IMG/VR virus record: IMGVR_UViG_3300048587_000983
Length of the DNA: 64,000 bases
DNA from: a virus
Strand: one strand, 5' to 3'
Shown here: piece by piece, positions 1 through 8,844 of the stretch
Position numbering within the stretch: the stretch's first letter is position 1
Layout of the letters: the number at the start of each line of letters is the position of its first letter
Translations under genes and position numbers: made by a program
The notes under the pieces: model-generated
The model's input: the letters and a program-made list of their open reading frames with translations, nothing else
Told to the model about the DNA's origin: nothing
The model's database searches: none

Positions 1-17
1 TTTTCTCGTCTGTCATG

Positions 18-308
18 TCAGTCCTTGATAATTACAACGCCAAGTCTCTGCTGAAGGTGACTTCCGTCTTCCGATTTGGTTTCGACGACGCCGATTTTTT
101 CGTAGAGAGTCTTGAGGATATTCTCCTTGATGACCCGCTCGTCCCAGGCCTCCAGCACGGGCAGGATCCCGTTTTCGATCGGCGCCTGAATCTTTATGTG
201 AACTGACTCGATGTGCCGCGAGGCCCACTTGAGAAAGCTCATACGGAGCGCCTTATCCTCAACCCGGTTGATGAGGCTCGTGAGCTCACTTAGAGCGAGA
301 GGCGCCAT
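18..308 (-). CDS. hypothetical protein (~96 aa)
   Basis: ORF track 18..365 starts at TTG; ATG at 308 has a GGGGAG Shine-Dalgarno and overlaps the upstream gene less, so I chose it. No recognisable motif. Confidence 0.55.
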   Translation of the reverse strand: MAPLALSELTSLINRVEDKALRMSFLKWASRHIESVHIKIQAPIENGILPVLEAWDERVIKENILKTLYEKIGVVETKSEDGSHLQQRLGVVIIKD

Positions 309-594
309 CGACTCCCCGAGCTGGGTTGTTCCTTGTCGTGATTGAGGAGAGGGATTCTGGTTCAACAGGTTTTCCTCCGACGGCGTTCATGATTGCGGGT
401 TTGAAGACGACCTGACCTTCGACGACAAAAAACTCGTCCTTGCCGCCCGAGTCGAGATACTTTTTGAGAGCAAGGCGCTGCGCCCTTTCAAGGTCATCAA
501 TCGAGTGAAGCGTGTCCTCTACAGGAATCATATCCCCATAGAAGGTCTTGCCGTCGGCAGCAAACTTTTTGCAAACAAAGTACATGCCCATCAC
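286..594 (-). CDS. hypothetical protein (102 aa)
   Basis: Start overlaps the stop of 591..896 (GTGA coupling). No motif recognised. Confidence 0.6.
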   Translation of the reverse strand: MMGMYFVCKKFAADGKTFYGDMIPVEDTLHSIDDLERAQRLALKKYLDSGGKDEFFVVEGQVVFKPAIMNAVGGKPVEPESLSSITTRNNPARGVDGASRSK

Positions 595-896
595 CGTCTC
601 CCTTTCTCGCCAAGCTCATTGGCACTTACAAAGTAAATCTTCTCCAGAACCCGCGGGTCAACGTCCTTGAGGACATCGAGCACATCGCAGAGGGCAAATC
701 TTTCCCTCCCGTCCGGGAGGACTTTCAGGAATTGCTCGGGGGTGTGATACCAGACCGCTTCCGGGTAAATGGCCTTACTGTAAACGACGATAGGCTCGCC
801 GCTCTCGGCGCTCCGGGCAATCGCGCGGACGCAGTAATATTCGCCCTGGTGATGCCGGTAGTATTGCTGAGGCGCAATATCCGCCAACGTGCGCAT
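591..896 (-). CDS. DUF1653-like protein
   Basis: YRHHQGEYYCVRAIARSAESGEPIVVYS...WYHTPEQF matches the YRHxKGxxYxVxxxAxHSETxExxVVY pattern of DUF1653. GGAGG SD upstream. Confidence 0.7.
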   Translation of the reverse strand: MRTLADIAPQQYYRHHQGEYYCVRAIARSAESGEPIVVYSKAIYPEAVWYHTPEQFLKVLPDGRERFALCDVLDVLKDVDPRVLEKIYFVSANELGEKGRR

Positions 897-1074
897 GGTG
901 GCCTCCGAATTTTTGGATTTTTAGACACTTGAAAATAATGCCTATCAGGTTTTTCGGTGGGAATCAGCCGGAAACTTGCTGCGGCAAAACGGGTCATCTA
1001 AAATGAAATAAAGGTAAATCCTTCCCTACACCTTGGGGGCGTAGCAATACGCCCTATCTTTCAAGGAAAAAATC

Positions 1075-1362
1075 ATGAGTTACCACGACGATCTGCCGGT
1101 TCCGTTTGGTTATGAGGTGCCTCAGTTCGTCAAACAGCTTCTTGAAAACTTTGACGTCTGTCTTTTTCAGATGCGCCTCGATCCGGATCCCGATGCGCAT
1201 CTCAGCATCATCCGAAACCTTTACGTCCACGACCTCATTGTCTCGGCAATTGTTGCCCTCAACATGCCGAAGGAAAAGGAGGCCCTCGTAAAGGAGCTCT
1301 CCCAGCAGCTTGAAATTTTATCGGCGCTCACAAACCCTATCGAGGAGGACCTGAAGAACTAA
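1075..1362 (+). CDS. hypothetical helical protein (95 aa)
   Basis: ATG preceded by AAGGA; divergent from 591..896 across an AT-rich gap; converges on terL. Confidence 0.6.
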   Translation: MSYHDDLPVPFGYEVPQFVKQLLENFDVCLFQMRLDPDPDAHLSIIRNLYVHDLIVSAIVALNMPKEKEALVKELSQQLEILSALTNPIEEDLKN

Positions 1363-4300
1363 GCCTGCGGCCCGTCGAGCGCCACGGCGTCGAGGGTATA
1401 GCGGCGGCTTTTTCCTGTCATGATATCGGACATGAGTTTCGCATAGTTCATCGAATGGAAATAATCGTCGGGGTCGGAGGGTCTATGATCATATTTTATC
1501 TCGCGGCGATATTCGTTGTACTCGGCGTAAATGCCAAGAATATCCTTTGCAAACGGCTCAAAGTCCTTCCAGCGCGGAAAAAGGATAAGACCGTGTTTCA
1601 TATCAAAGAAAAGCTCTGACATGATGAAGTTTCGCTGCAGTTGATAGCGGTAGCCGATAGCATCCCACTTCATTCTTTGCTTGAGCTTGGGCATATACTG
1701 AAACTGGGCCACGCGGTTGGGGCCAAAGGTCCGCATGAGGACGTTGTTAACCCCCCAGCCGTGCCCCCAGTCGGCACCGATAAGCTTGACGCCAAGAAGC
1801 TGGCAGATGCGCGTGATGTCTTTAACGACAAAGTCCGGATCCACCTCGCGTCCTTCGTACCGTTTCGCATAAAAGACTTTCCAGTGTTTCTGCGAGACGT
1901 AAGCCCCTATCGTGAGAACGGTATAGCTTGCGTTTCGTATTTTCCCGGAAGGCGACTTCTCGGAGCCATCATTCCCCTCGCCCCAATCGACGCCGGCCGT
2001 CAGACCCCATTTTTTGGCTTCCGCCTGGGCCGCGCGAATGCCTTCGGGGGTCGTGAGGTTCCAGAGCGAATAGTCGCCGCAGGCCTCGATAATCTCATCG
2101 CGCGTTATAGGCTTGGATGCCGAGTCGTAGGAAAGGCCAAGCACCTCGTTTGCAAGCTGCCCGTAGGGATAGTTGTCCCTTTTCCAGAGAAGCTTCATCC
2201 ACTGATCGTAGAGCCCGCAGATCCACGGCACCATGAGCTGGGGGACGCGGAAGCCCTTGATCATGTTGTTCGGATAAAACTCAACCCACCGGCCCGTCGA
2301 AGGGTCGATCGGCTTATGGCATTTTTTGCAAATGGGGCCAGGCGGAAGGCGCTTCGTTTGATACCACTCGGTCGGGCCGATGTTTTCCTCGTCGAGAAAA
2401 TTCCACTTGCCGCAGTGTGGGCACGGCACCAGCCACTCGGCCTGTGTCGTGGACTGCCAGTAGATCTCGATCGGGTTGTCGTGGGACTTCGGTGTGCCCG
2501 CCATGAGGTTGGAGGCGTCGGGAAAGTGGGACGTACACTCCATGATAACGGGAATTTCTGTCGTGAGGAAATCCTGGATCTCGTCAAGGCAGAGCACCCT
2601 CGCCGATATACCCCTCGTTCTATCCGCCGAACGGAATGCAGAGCGAAGGAAGATGTAGCTGCCGTTTGTGAAGCCCTTCTCAAAGACCTGAGTCGAAACC
2701 GAGCTATCCTGAAAGTAGCGGGCGATGAGAGGCGAGCGCTCGATTGCCGGCCGCAGCTTTTCGTTCGAGAACTGCCGCGTCTGAGTGTGCGACGGCGAGA
2801 CGTAGAGGGCCTTGTTGTAGGGGATGACGACCGAGGTGACGGTGAGGTTATTGGCAAGGAAGGTGGTGTTGTGCTGCACCAAAAAATCTGAAACATAGGT
2901 GTGAGTTTCAGTTTCTATGCCCCAGGTGTCTTGGACACCAATATCCTCAATTGATTCGATCTGGTCCCAGATTATGTCAGCTGCTAAAACGTCTGCCAGG
3001 TCTGGATCACAGAGCGTCTCGTTTATTTTTCTTATCTTTCCGAATGTCGGGGCATAGCTTCTATTGATTCTAAGACCTTGAGATTGAAGACCAGTTCTTT
3101 TCCAGTAGTTGCCGCCACGGCGTCTTGCCAATTCAACAAGATCGTAAACCTCGCTCGGTAAAGTATCGAGGTTACTATTGGAGGCCGTTCCGGGTAAAGA
3201 AAAGGGCTTGCCTGGAATCGGGCCGATTTTATTATAAAACGCCTCGATTGAATCTCTTGTGACGACACGAAGGATATAGGCCAGCTGCCCTCCGGTTGAC
3301 GGGCGATTCTCACGCACCGTAGTTACAATGCCGAATCTACGGAGCAAAAGACGAACCTGCCTCGCCAAAGTCTTGCTTGTAGTACAAAAGACGAGGTCTA
3401 TCTTCGATGAGGTTACGTTCTTGCAATGCCCGTCAGTGGCCCAAAGCCCCCGTAATAGTTGAACAGTGGAATCTGGCCCCAACTGCATCGCCTTGGAGGG
3501 GATGGTTTTTTCGGAGGCCCGTTTTCCAAAGATGCCGGTCTCCTGAAAATATTGATAGATCTGAGATTTTTTGGATATGTAGTAATTCCGCGTGCCTGAG
3601 CGCGGGTCGATCGAGAACTCGCAGGGGCCGTAGAGCGACTCAAACCAGTCTTGGACGACAGGGTTTTTTGCTGTAAACCTTTGGCAGTTTTCTGTCATGG
3701 AGCCATCGCCGATCATCAGCCCCAGTAGCGCGGCCGTGGGGTCCTCAGCCTCAAGAAAAAAACCCTGAGTGCGAAGACTCGCTATGCGGTCGCCTGGTCT
3801 GAGGTCGGCTGCCTGTCGCCACCCGAGCAGCATCCGCAAGGGGTGGTTATGGGTAACCTCCACGGTGGAGCCGAGGCGTGTTCGGATCCTAAGACAGGGT
3901 TTGGCTCCGTTAAACTCCGCCGCTATCACGCGATCCGCAGTCTGCCTGCCGTTTTCGCCAAGCGCCACTATCTCGTCGCCAGGCCTAAGGTCACGTATGG
4001 CTTTCTCTTCACCATATCGCGTCAAAACGAGGGACGTGCCGGTCTGGCACTTCTCCACTTGGCGGGCAGTCTTAAGAAGGATTCGCTTGAAGTTGCCGTC
4101 GTAGATCGGGCGGAGATAGCCCCTTCCGGTGAAGTCGAATTTATGGCCGTCAAGATAGATGAGGTTTCGCACAAAGTCCGACTTTTTGGCCTTCAGGATC
4201 TCCCGGAGCGTTCCGTCCTGGTTGACCGTGCTGCGGAACGCGGCCACCGTCCGCTCGGAGACAGCAGGCGGTTTGTCGTCATACATCCGCGCCTCAAAGG

Positions 4301-4376
4301 CGTCCGATCCCAGCTCTTCCTCGAGATCGATGTCGTCACCGATCCGCTTGTCACCGTTGTCACCGATTGTTCCCAT
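1359..4376 (-). CDS. terL: terminase large subunit, intein-containing (about 611 aa after splicing)
   Basis: Walker A KTARQVEK|TT split by an intein, Walker B VLCLDEIQD, motif III AGTPK, RNase H-like nuclease acidic motifs GVDWG and DDYFHS. Confidence 0.93.
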   Translation of the reverse strand: MGTIGDNGDKRIGDDIDLEEELGSDAFEARMYDDKPPAVSERTVAAFRSTVNQDGTLREILKAKKSDFVRNLIYLDGHKFDFTGRGYLRPIYDGNFKRILLKTARQVEKCQTGTSLVLTRYGEEKAIRDLRPGDEIVALGENGRQTADRVIAAEFNGAKPCLRIRTRLGSTVEVTHNHPLRMLLGWRQAADLRPGDRIASLRTQGFFLEAEDPTAALLGLMIGDGSMTENCQRFTAKNPVVQDWFESLYGPCEFSIDPRSGTRNYYISKKSQIYQYFQETGIFGKRASEKTIPSKAMQLGPDSTVQLLRGLWATDGHCKNVTSSKIDLVFCTTSKTLARQVRLLLRRFGIVTTVRENRPSTGGQLAYILRVVTRDSIEAFYNKIGPIPGKPFSLPGTASNSNLDTLPSEVYDLVELARRRGGNYWKRTGLQSQGLRINRSYAPTFGKIRKINETLCDPDLADVLAADIIWDQIESIEDIGVQDTWGIETETHTYVSDFLVQHNTTFLANNLTVTSVVIPYNKALYVSPSHTQTRQFSNEKLRPAIERSPLIARYFQDSSVSTQVFEKGFTNGSYIFLRSAFRSADRTRGISARVLCLDEIQDFLTTEIPVIMECTSHFPDASNLMAGTPKSHDNPIEIYWQSTTQAEWLVPCPHCGKWNFLDEENIGPTEWYQTKRLPPGPICKKCHKPIDPSTGRWVEFYPNNMIKGFRVPQLMVPWICGLYDQWMKLLWKRDNYPYGQLANEVLGLSYDSASKPITRDEIIEACGDYSLWNLTTPEGIRAAQAEAKKWGLTAGVDWGEGNDGSEKSPSGKIRNASYTVLTIGAYVSQKHWKVFYAKRYEGREVDPDFVVKDITRICQLLGVKLIGADWGHGWGVNNVLMRTFGPNRVAQFQYMPKLKQRMKWDAIGYRYQLQRNFIMSELFFDMKHGLILFPRWKDFEPFAKDILGIYAEYNEYRREIKYDHRPSDPDDYFHSMNYAKLMSDIMTGKSRRYTLDAVALDGPQA
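2868..4049 (-). mobile_element. intein with LAGLIDADG homing endonuclease (394 aa)
   Basis: Starts at Cys110 (CQTGTSLV), block B THNHP, LAGLIDADG blocks LLGLMIGDGS and LLRGLWATDGH, ends VQHN followed by +1 Thr. Part of it is visibly lower in GC than the flanks. Confidence 0.95.
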
Positions 4377-4818
4377 CGTTTTTTCAAGCCCTTTCGACGC
4401 ACTTTAAGAGACAAAGCTCTTTGATTACAGACACTTGTGCCAGAGCCGCCTCCGACCTTGTCACCAAACGCTTTTTTGCGGAGACACTTTCGGTGACGCT
4501 TTTCCGGACATTTTTTGTAGTCATTTCAATGGGTTTGAAATTTGTCACCGCTGGCACCAGTGAAACCCGAAAAGTAGAAAGCCTATACGCGAAAAACATC
4601 GTTATCAGAGAACTTACCCACGGGAGGGGAGGGGGTGGAGGCTCACACGATTTAAAATTCTCGCACGCGATAGTTACCCAAAAATGCCGGTGACAGCGGT
4701 GACAATGGTGACAACGACTCGGAGAGAGATATATATATTTAATTTTATTGGATTTTAATTTCGCAAAACGCCCGGATTTTGTCACCGCACTTGTCACCGC
4801 TCAGCTCCTCCTGGTGAC
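4335..4818. repeat. iteron-like GTCACC/GGTGAC array around an AT-rich core (candidate replication origin or pac site)
   Basis: 12 copies of the hexamer, mostly as TTGTCACC(G), in 484 bp and in both orientations; 31/33 A+T run at 4729-4761. Confidence 0.85.
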
Positions 4819-4857
4819 ACAGAGGGCAAACCGCCCCCTTATGCCGCAGTAATGGTG

Positions 4858-5727
4858 TCAATCTGTCTTGGATTTGGCTTTTTCCGCCACTTCCCGGAGC
4901 GTCTCCGAGTCGGGGGTCTCAAAGGTGGTCTCGACGAAGTCGAATTCGAGCTGCAGCGATTGGCTGAAGTCCGACTGATCGGCCGAGCGATATTTTTCGT
5001 ACTTGTCCGCGATCGCCAGCACCTGGCTAATCCACTCCCGCGCCTCTTTGGCAGATCCGGCGCCCCCGTCCTCAAGGTGGATGCGGGCCTTTTGGTAGGA
5101 TCGCGTTAAAAGCCCCTGGAGCATCGACGAGACCGAGACCTTGGCCGGAAGGTCGAGCTCCGACTTCAGGATGTCCAGCGGCTCGGTAAGGGCCAGGAAA
5201 TAGATTTTTTGCTCCTGGTCAGACACCCGCTTGAGATACCGGCGCCAGTCGGTCCTCGTCAGCCGCCGGGGGTCAAAGAAGACCCGCCGATAGAGGTCGA
5301 TGTGGACCTCCCGCAAAGGAGTGGCGAATTTGGCCTGGATCGCCTGGATGATATCGTGCGATTTGACGCCCTTCATGACGAGCGCGTTGATGGTCATGCG
5401 GAGCTTGGGGTCGTCGTGGATGTCGGTTGTCAGCTTCAACCGCATCCTGAACTCAGGTGTCACAAAAGGTTTTTCGCCCTGCCACAGTTCGAGGATATCA
5501 AGAACGCGCATCCAGTGAAGAAAATCCGCCCCGCCCTGGCTGCCGTTGGCGAGCTGACTTTGAACGCCAAGCGGAAGAGTCGAACGCACAAACTCGCACT
5601 GAAGATCGATCTCGCCCTGGGTTACGGGAGGCAGCATGAGAAGGGCAAGGTGCTCGTTGACCTCCTCTTCGACCACCATGTCCTTTGTGACGAGAAACCT
5701 CAGGTATAGTTCAAAAGGTGATGCCAT
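4858..5727 (-). CDS. hypothetical protein (289 aa), all-helical; weak small-terminase candidate
   Basis: Long ORF directly upstream of the iteron array and terL; function inferred only from position. Confidence 0.75.
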   Translation of the reverse strand: MASPFELYLRFLVTKDMVVEEEVNEHLALLMLPPVTQGEIDLQCEFVRSTLPLGVQSQLANGSQGGADFLHWMRVLDILELWQGEKPFVTPEFRMRLKLTTDIHDDPKLRMTINALVMKGVKSHDIIQAIQAKFATPLREVHIDLYRRVFFDPRRLTRTDWRRYLKRVSDQEQKIYFLALTEPLDILKSELDLPAKVSVSSMLQGLLTRSYQKARIHLEDGGAGSAKEAREWISQVLAIADKYEKYRSADQSDFSQSLQLEFDFVETTFETPDSETLREVAEKAKSKTD

Positions 5728-5736
5728 GGCCGCCCG

Positions 5737-6060
5737 CTAGGTGTGCGCTTTGCGGAATAGCTGTTCGAGCAGAGTTGCGCCGTCTCTCCCCCCAGCCAGA
5801 CGCTCGACCTCGCGCCCGTTTTTCAAAAGCACGATCGTCGGAAACGTCGTCACATGATGTTTCTGCGGCCTGAGAGGGTCTCGCTTCACCTCGACAAGGC
5901 GAACCTTTACGCTCGGATATTTACGGGAAAGGCGTCGAACATTGCCGCGGGCCGTCTCGCTCTCGCTCTCGCCGCTATCCCAAAAAAGCATTATGACGTG
6001 CTTTTTGAACTCGACCGGAGCCGCGGTTTTCCGCTCGAAGCCTTTCCAAAAGTAGCGCAT
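5737..6060 (-). CDS. thioredoxin-fold protein lacking CxxC
   Basis: IMLFWDSGESES at the active-site position and FPTIVLLKNGREVERLAG cis-Pro motif. ATG at 6060 has a GAGAGGGAAG RBS. N-terminus MRYFWKGFERKTA. Confidence 0.75.
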   Translation of the reverse strand: MRYFWKGFERKTAAPVEFKKHVIMLFWDSGESESETARGNVRRLSRKYPSVKVRLVEVKRDPLRPQKHHVTTFPTIVLLKNGREVERLAGGRDGATLLEQLFRKAHT

Positions 6061-6068
6061 CTTCCCTC

Positions 6069-8126
6069 TCAACCCGGCGCAATTTCCTGGGCCGACCTAA
6101 GCTTTTCAAGACCGTCGACCACCTCGATCAGCCTGTGCATCGACGTGCTGGCCGCCTCCTCGGGGATCTCTTTGAGCCCGATGCGGCTGGCGAGCAAACA
6201 GCTTGCAAGGCAGGAAATTGCAGCTTTCAGTTGTGGAATCTTTCCAATGAACTTAGCAATATTGTCAGGATTTACAAAGTTTAAAGCTAAAAGAGCGTCA
6301 ACCGTCTGCGCGTTGTCGATGTAAGAGGCCTCTTTCAAGAGGTCCCGGCGCAGAAGCGCGGCCACCTTTTCAGCCTTGTCGCGCAAGGGTTTTTTCGCAG
6401 CCAGCTTCTCCGAAGCAAGAGGCGGCGACGCAAGACCGTAGACCTCTGCGCGGCCGCGAACCTTTGCCTCCTTTATAACGCTGGCAATTTTCTCCCGACC
6501 GCAGCCGAGCGAGGCCAGAAGAAAACCTGCCTTTGCCTCGGAAAGAAGCGACTGGTCCCAGCCGATGGCCTGGGCATATTTCTGTGCGCCCTTGATCGAA
6601 AACTGTCCGTAGCCGGTCGATATCACATGAAGAGGAAGACCTTTTGGATTCTCTTCGGCTTCCTTGATCGCGTAGGATTCGAGCGTATCCGACACCGGGC
6701 CAAAGCTCTGCATGGGGACCCACTTCATGTTTCTCGGAAGCGTATGGTAGCCGTTCATCTCGGGCGTGATGCGGTGAAGCTCCATGGAGCCGTTGGTCCG
6801 GAGTTTGATCGGGCGGCCCATAAGATCGGCGCAAACCATTCGGTAGCCATAGGGCTCGGCCTCGATGACCCGGATCGTGACCGGGATTGTGGCCAGAGCG
6901 TGCGAAGCGTCAGGCTGATAGACGAACGTTCCCGTCTGCCCGACCTTTGGCGTTTCGTCGGGCATCCGAAAGTTGGTGTTCTTCACACGAACACCGGCGA
7001 TGCGCGGCTGGATGGTCGACATCGTTTTGCCGACAAAGATTTTGAGGTCAACCGGCTTCATATCAAAGTCGATGACTTTTGGAATAACCCAGCCCTCAAC
7101 AGTCACACCGGTTTTTGTTTTAACCCTGAAGGAGTCGAAGGTGGTCGCCTCCTCGACTATGGTTTGATCCTCCTGAGCCAGAATCACGTTGTCCTTGCCG
7201 CTCGGAAGGAGAAGAAACTTCTCTCCGTTCTGATCGACCTCATTCATCGTGTCTTCGACGTGATCGGAAATTTTTGAGACGAGCGAGTAGCAGTCATCGC
7301 GCGAGACAGGCCCCACAAGGCTTGGCGAGAAGACCTCGTCGCTATTTGAAAGGATCGAATACTTATCCGGACTCTCGCGGCGCAGCATGACGATGCTGTT
7401 TGGAATGAGCTTATCAGCACCCTGGCGGAACTCGTTCATGTTCACGCCCTGAAGATTGGCGATCTTTTTGATAAGCTTTGCGTGACCATGCTTGTGAAAA
7501 CCCGTCAGGTACTCGGGTTTTTTATTGAAAAAATCGAGGATTTTATCCCCATCCCCGACAGTCGGCGCGATCTCATCGATGAGAGGGTAGGAGGCGGTCT
7601 TCATGCCCTCCGGGATTTTCGAGACGATCGAAAGGACCTCGCCAATCGGATCCTCTTTTGCCCGCTCGGAGGCATAGGCGTAGCGGCCAAGCGAGGGCGG
7701 GTAGATTGCATTCCAGAGGTTCGCATCCTCGAAGCGCCCGAGGCCACCGTAGGTCGGAAACTCTTCGATCTTTTGAAAAGCCCCGGTTGTCATGAAGATT
7801 TCCTGGAACATCTGCGGGGTGAGAGGTAAAAGCTTTTGTTTGGCGATCATGACATCAAGGGGATAGAGCATGAAGTCTTTGACAATGATCGGAACGACGG
7901 CTGCCTTGTCGGTCGTGTTGATGATGATGGCGCCGGTCGCAGTTCCGTTCTCTTCGTCTTTTTTCTGAAACTTGACCATGACGCTCATTTCGCTCGCCAT
8001 GGGAACGCGCTCTTTAAACTTTTGGATAATTTCCTCGGGCCACTGCTCGAGATCGTTGCCGAGATGGGTGAGGCTTACATCCTGCACATCGGGCGCGTCG
8101 ATAAAAAGGTTCGCGGGCATGGTCAT
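6069..8126 (-). CDS. large hypothetical virion-associated protein (~685 aa)
   Basis: Long ORF in the structural operon; ATG at 8126 with GGAGA SD; several K-x-A motifs (KTAS, KKIA, KEAS, EKLA). Confidence 0.78.
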   Translation of the reverse strand: MTMPANLFIDAPDVQDVSLTHLGNDLEQWPEEIIQKFKERVPMASEMSVMVKFQKKDEENGTATGAIIINTTDKAAVVPIIVKDFMLYPLDVMIAKQKLLPLTPQMFQEIFMTTGAFQKIEEFPTYGGLGRFEDANLWNAIYPPSLGRYAYASERAKEDPIGEVLSIVSKIPEGMKTASYPLIDEIAPTVGDGDKILDFFNKKPEYLTGFHKHGHAKLIKKIANLQGVNMNEFRQGADKLIPNSIVMLRRESPDKYSILSNSDEVFSPSLVGPVSRDDCYSLVSKISDHVEDTMNEVDQNGEKFLLLPSGKDNVILAQEDQTIVEEATTFDSFRVKTKTGVTVEGWVIPKVIDFDMKPVDLKIFVGKTMSTIQPRIAGVRVKNTNFRMPDETPKVGQTGTFVYQPDASHALATIPVTIRVIEAEPYGYRMVCADLMGRPIKLRTNGSMELHRITPEMNGYHTLPRNMKWVPMQSFGPVSDTLESYAIKEAEENPKGLPLHVISTGYGQFSIKGAQKYAQAIGWDQSLLSEAKAGFLLASLGCGREKIASVIKEAKVRGRAEVYGLASPPLASEKLAAKKPLRDKAEKVAALLRRDLLKEASYIDNAQTVDALLALNFVNPDNIAKFIGKIPQLKAAISCLASCLLASRIGLKEIPEEAASTSMHRLIEVVDGLEKLRSAQEIAPG

Positions 8127-8157
8127 AGCTGTCTCCAATTTAAGGAAATCGTTTTTA

Positions 8158-8844
8158 TCATACTAGCTTACCGCCTGGCTGGCTAGGGATTCCGGCCACA
8201 GCGCCGCCTGGAGCCCCGGTCGTGACGAGAGGACTGCTGCTTGCAATCGTCGTCGTGAGCCAGACGCCCTCAAAGGTCATTTCAATGGTTTTGCCGATCG
8301 CTTTCACAAGAGGCTTTGACCGCGCCTGCGGGTTTTCAAGGTCCCACATGGGTGGCGTCAGCTGCTTTATCCAATCGTCGGCTATCCCGGCGATCGGCCC
8401 TCCGGCGCCAGCCGCCTTCAGCTGGGTCGGAAGGTTTTGGGCACTTACAGGGCCGGGGTTGATCGGCGTCGCCCCGCTCGTTCCGAGGTAGTTGAGTGAG
8501 CTGAATTTATAGGTCGTCGGCCAGCGGGTGAATTTTTCCGCGAGCACCGTGAGGAGCGCCTGGGTGAACATCACCTGCTCAGGCGAATCCTTTCCGAAAC
8601 TAGGTGCGGTGGCAACGAAGGGAGCCGACGTCATTACACCGCCAACCCCCGTACCGGCCCACGCTCCCACCCCTGCGCCCGTGATGATAAGGCTGTCGAA
8701 CAGGATTGAGTCCTGCCAGCTCTTCCAGGCTTTCTCCACAGCACCAAAAAGGCTTTCGATGTAGGAGACGCCCTCGGGCCCGAGAGGCATTCCGTAGAGT
8801 GCGATGGCCTGCTGGGCCATGGTCGATCCTGATGGCGCCGGCAT
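8158..8844 (-). CDS. hypothetical structural protein (228 aa)
   Basis: Coupled to the spike gene (overlap at 8844); rich in Gly, Ala and Pro. Confidence 0.72.
   Translation of the reverse strand: MPAPSGSTMAQQAIALYGMPLGPEGVSYIESLFGAVEKAWKSWQDSILFDSLIITGAGVGAWAGTGVGGVMTSAPFVATAPSFGKDSPEQVMFTQALLTVLAEKFTRWPTTYKFSSLNYLGTSGATPINPGPVSAQNLPTQLKAAGAGGPIAGIADDWIKQLTPPMWDLENPQARSKPLVKAIGKTIEMTFEGVWLTTTIASSSPLVTTGAPGGAVAGIPSQPGGKLV

Noticed and set aside
1641-2891. 416-aa plus-strand ORF, and similar long antisense ORFs (12252..13049, 13482..14513, 25118..26398)
   Set aside because: They are shadows of well-supported minus-strand genes, with no motifs and no RBS; this is expected in GC-rich coding DNA.
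4384-4797. 137-aa ORF with CHHCHRCHRH, resembling a metal-binding protein
   Set aside because: The Cys/His and VT repeats are just translations of the GTCACC iterons; it has a TTG start and crosses the AT-rich and poly-G tracts.
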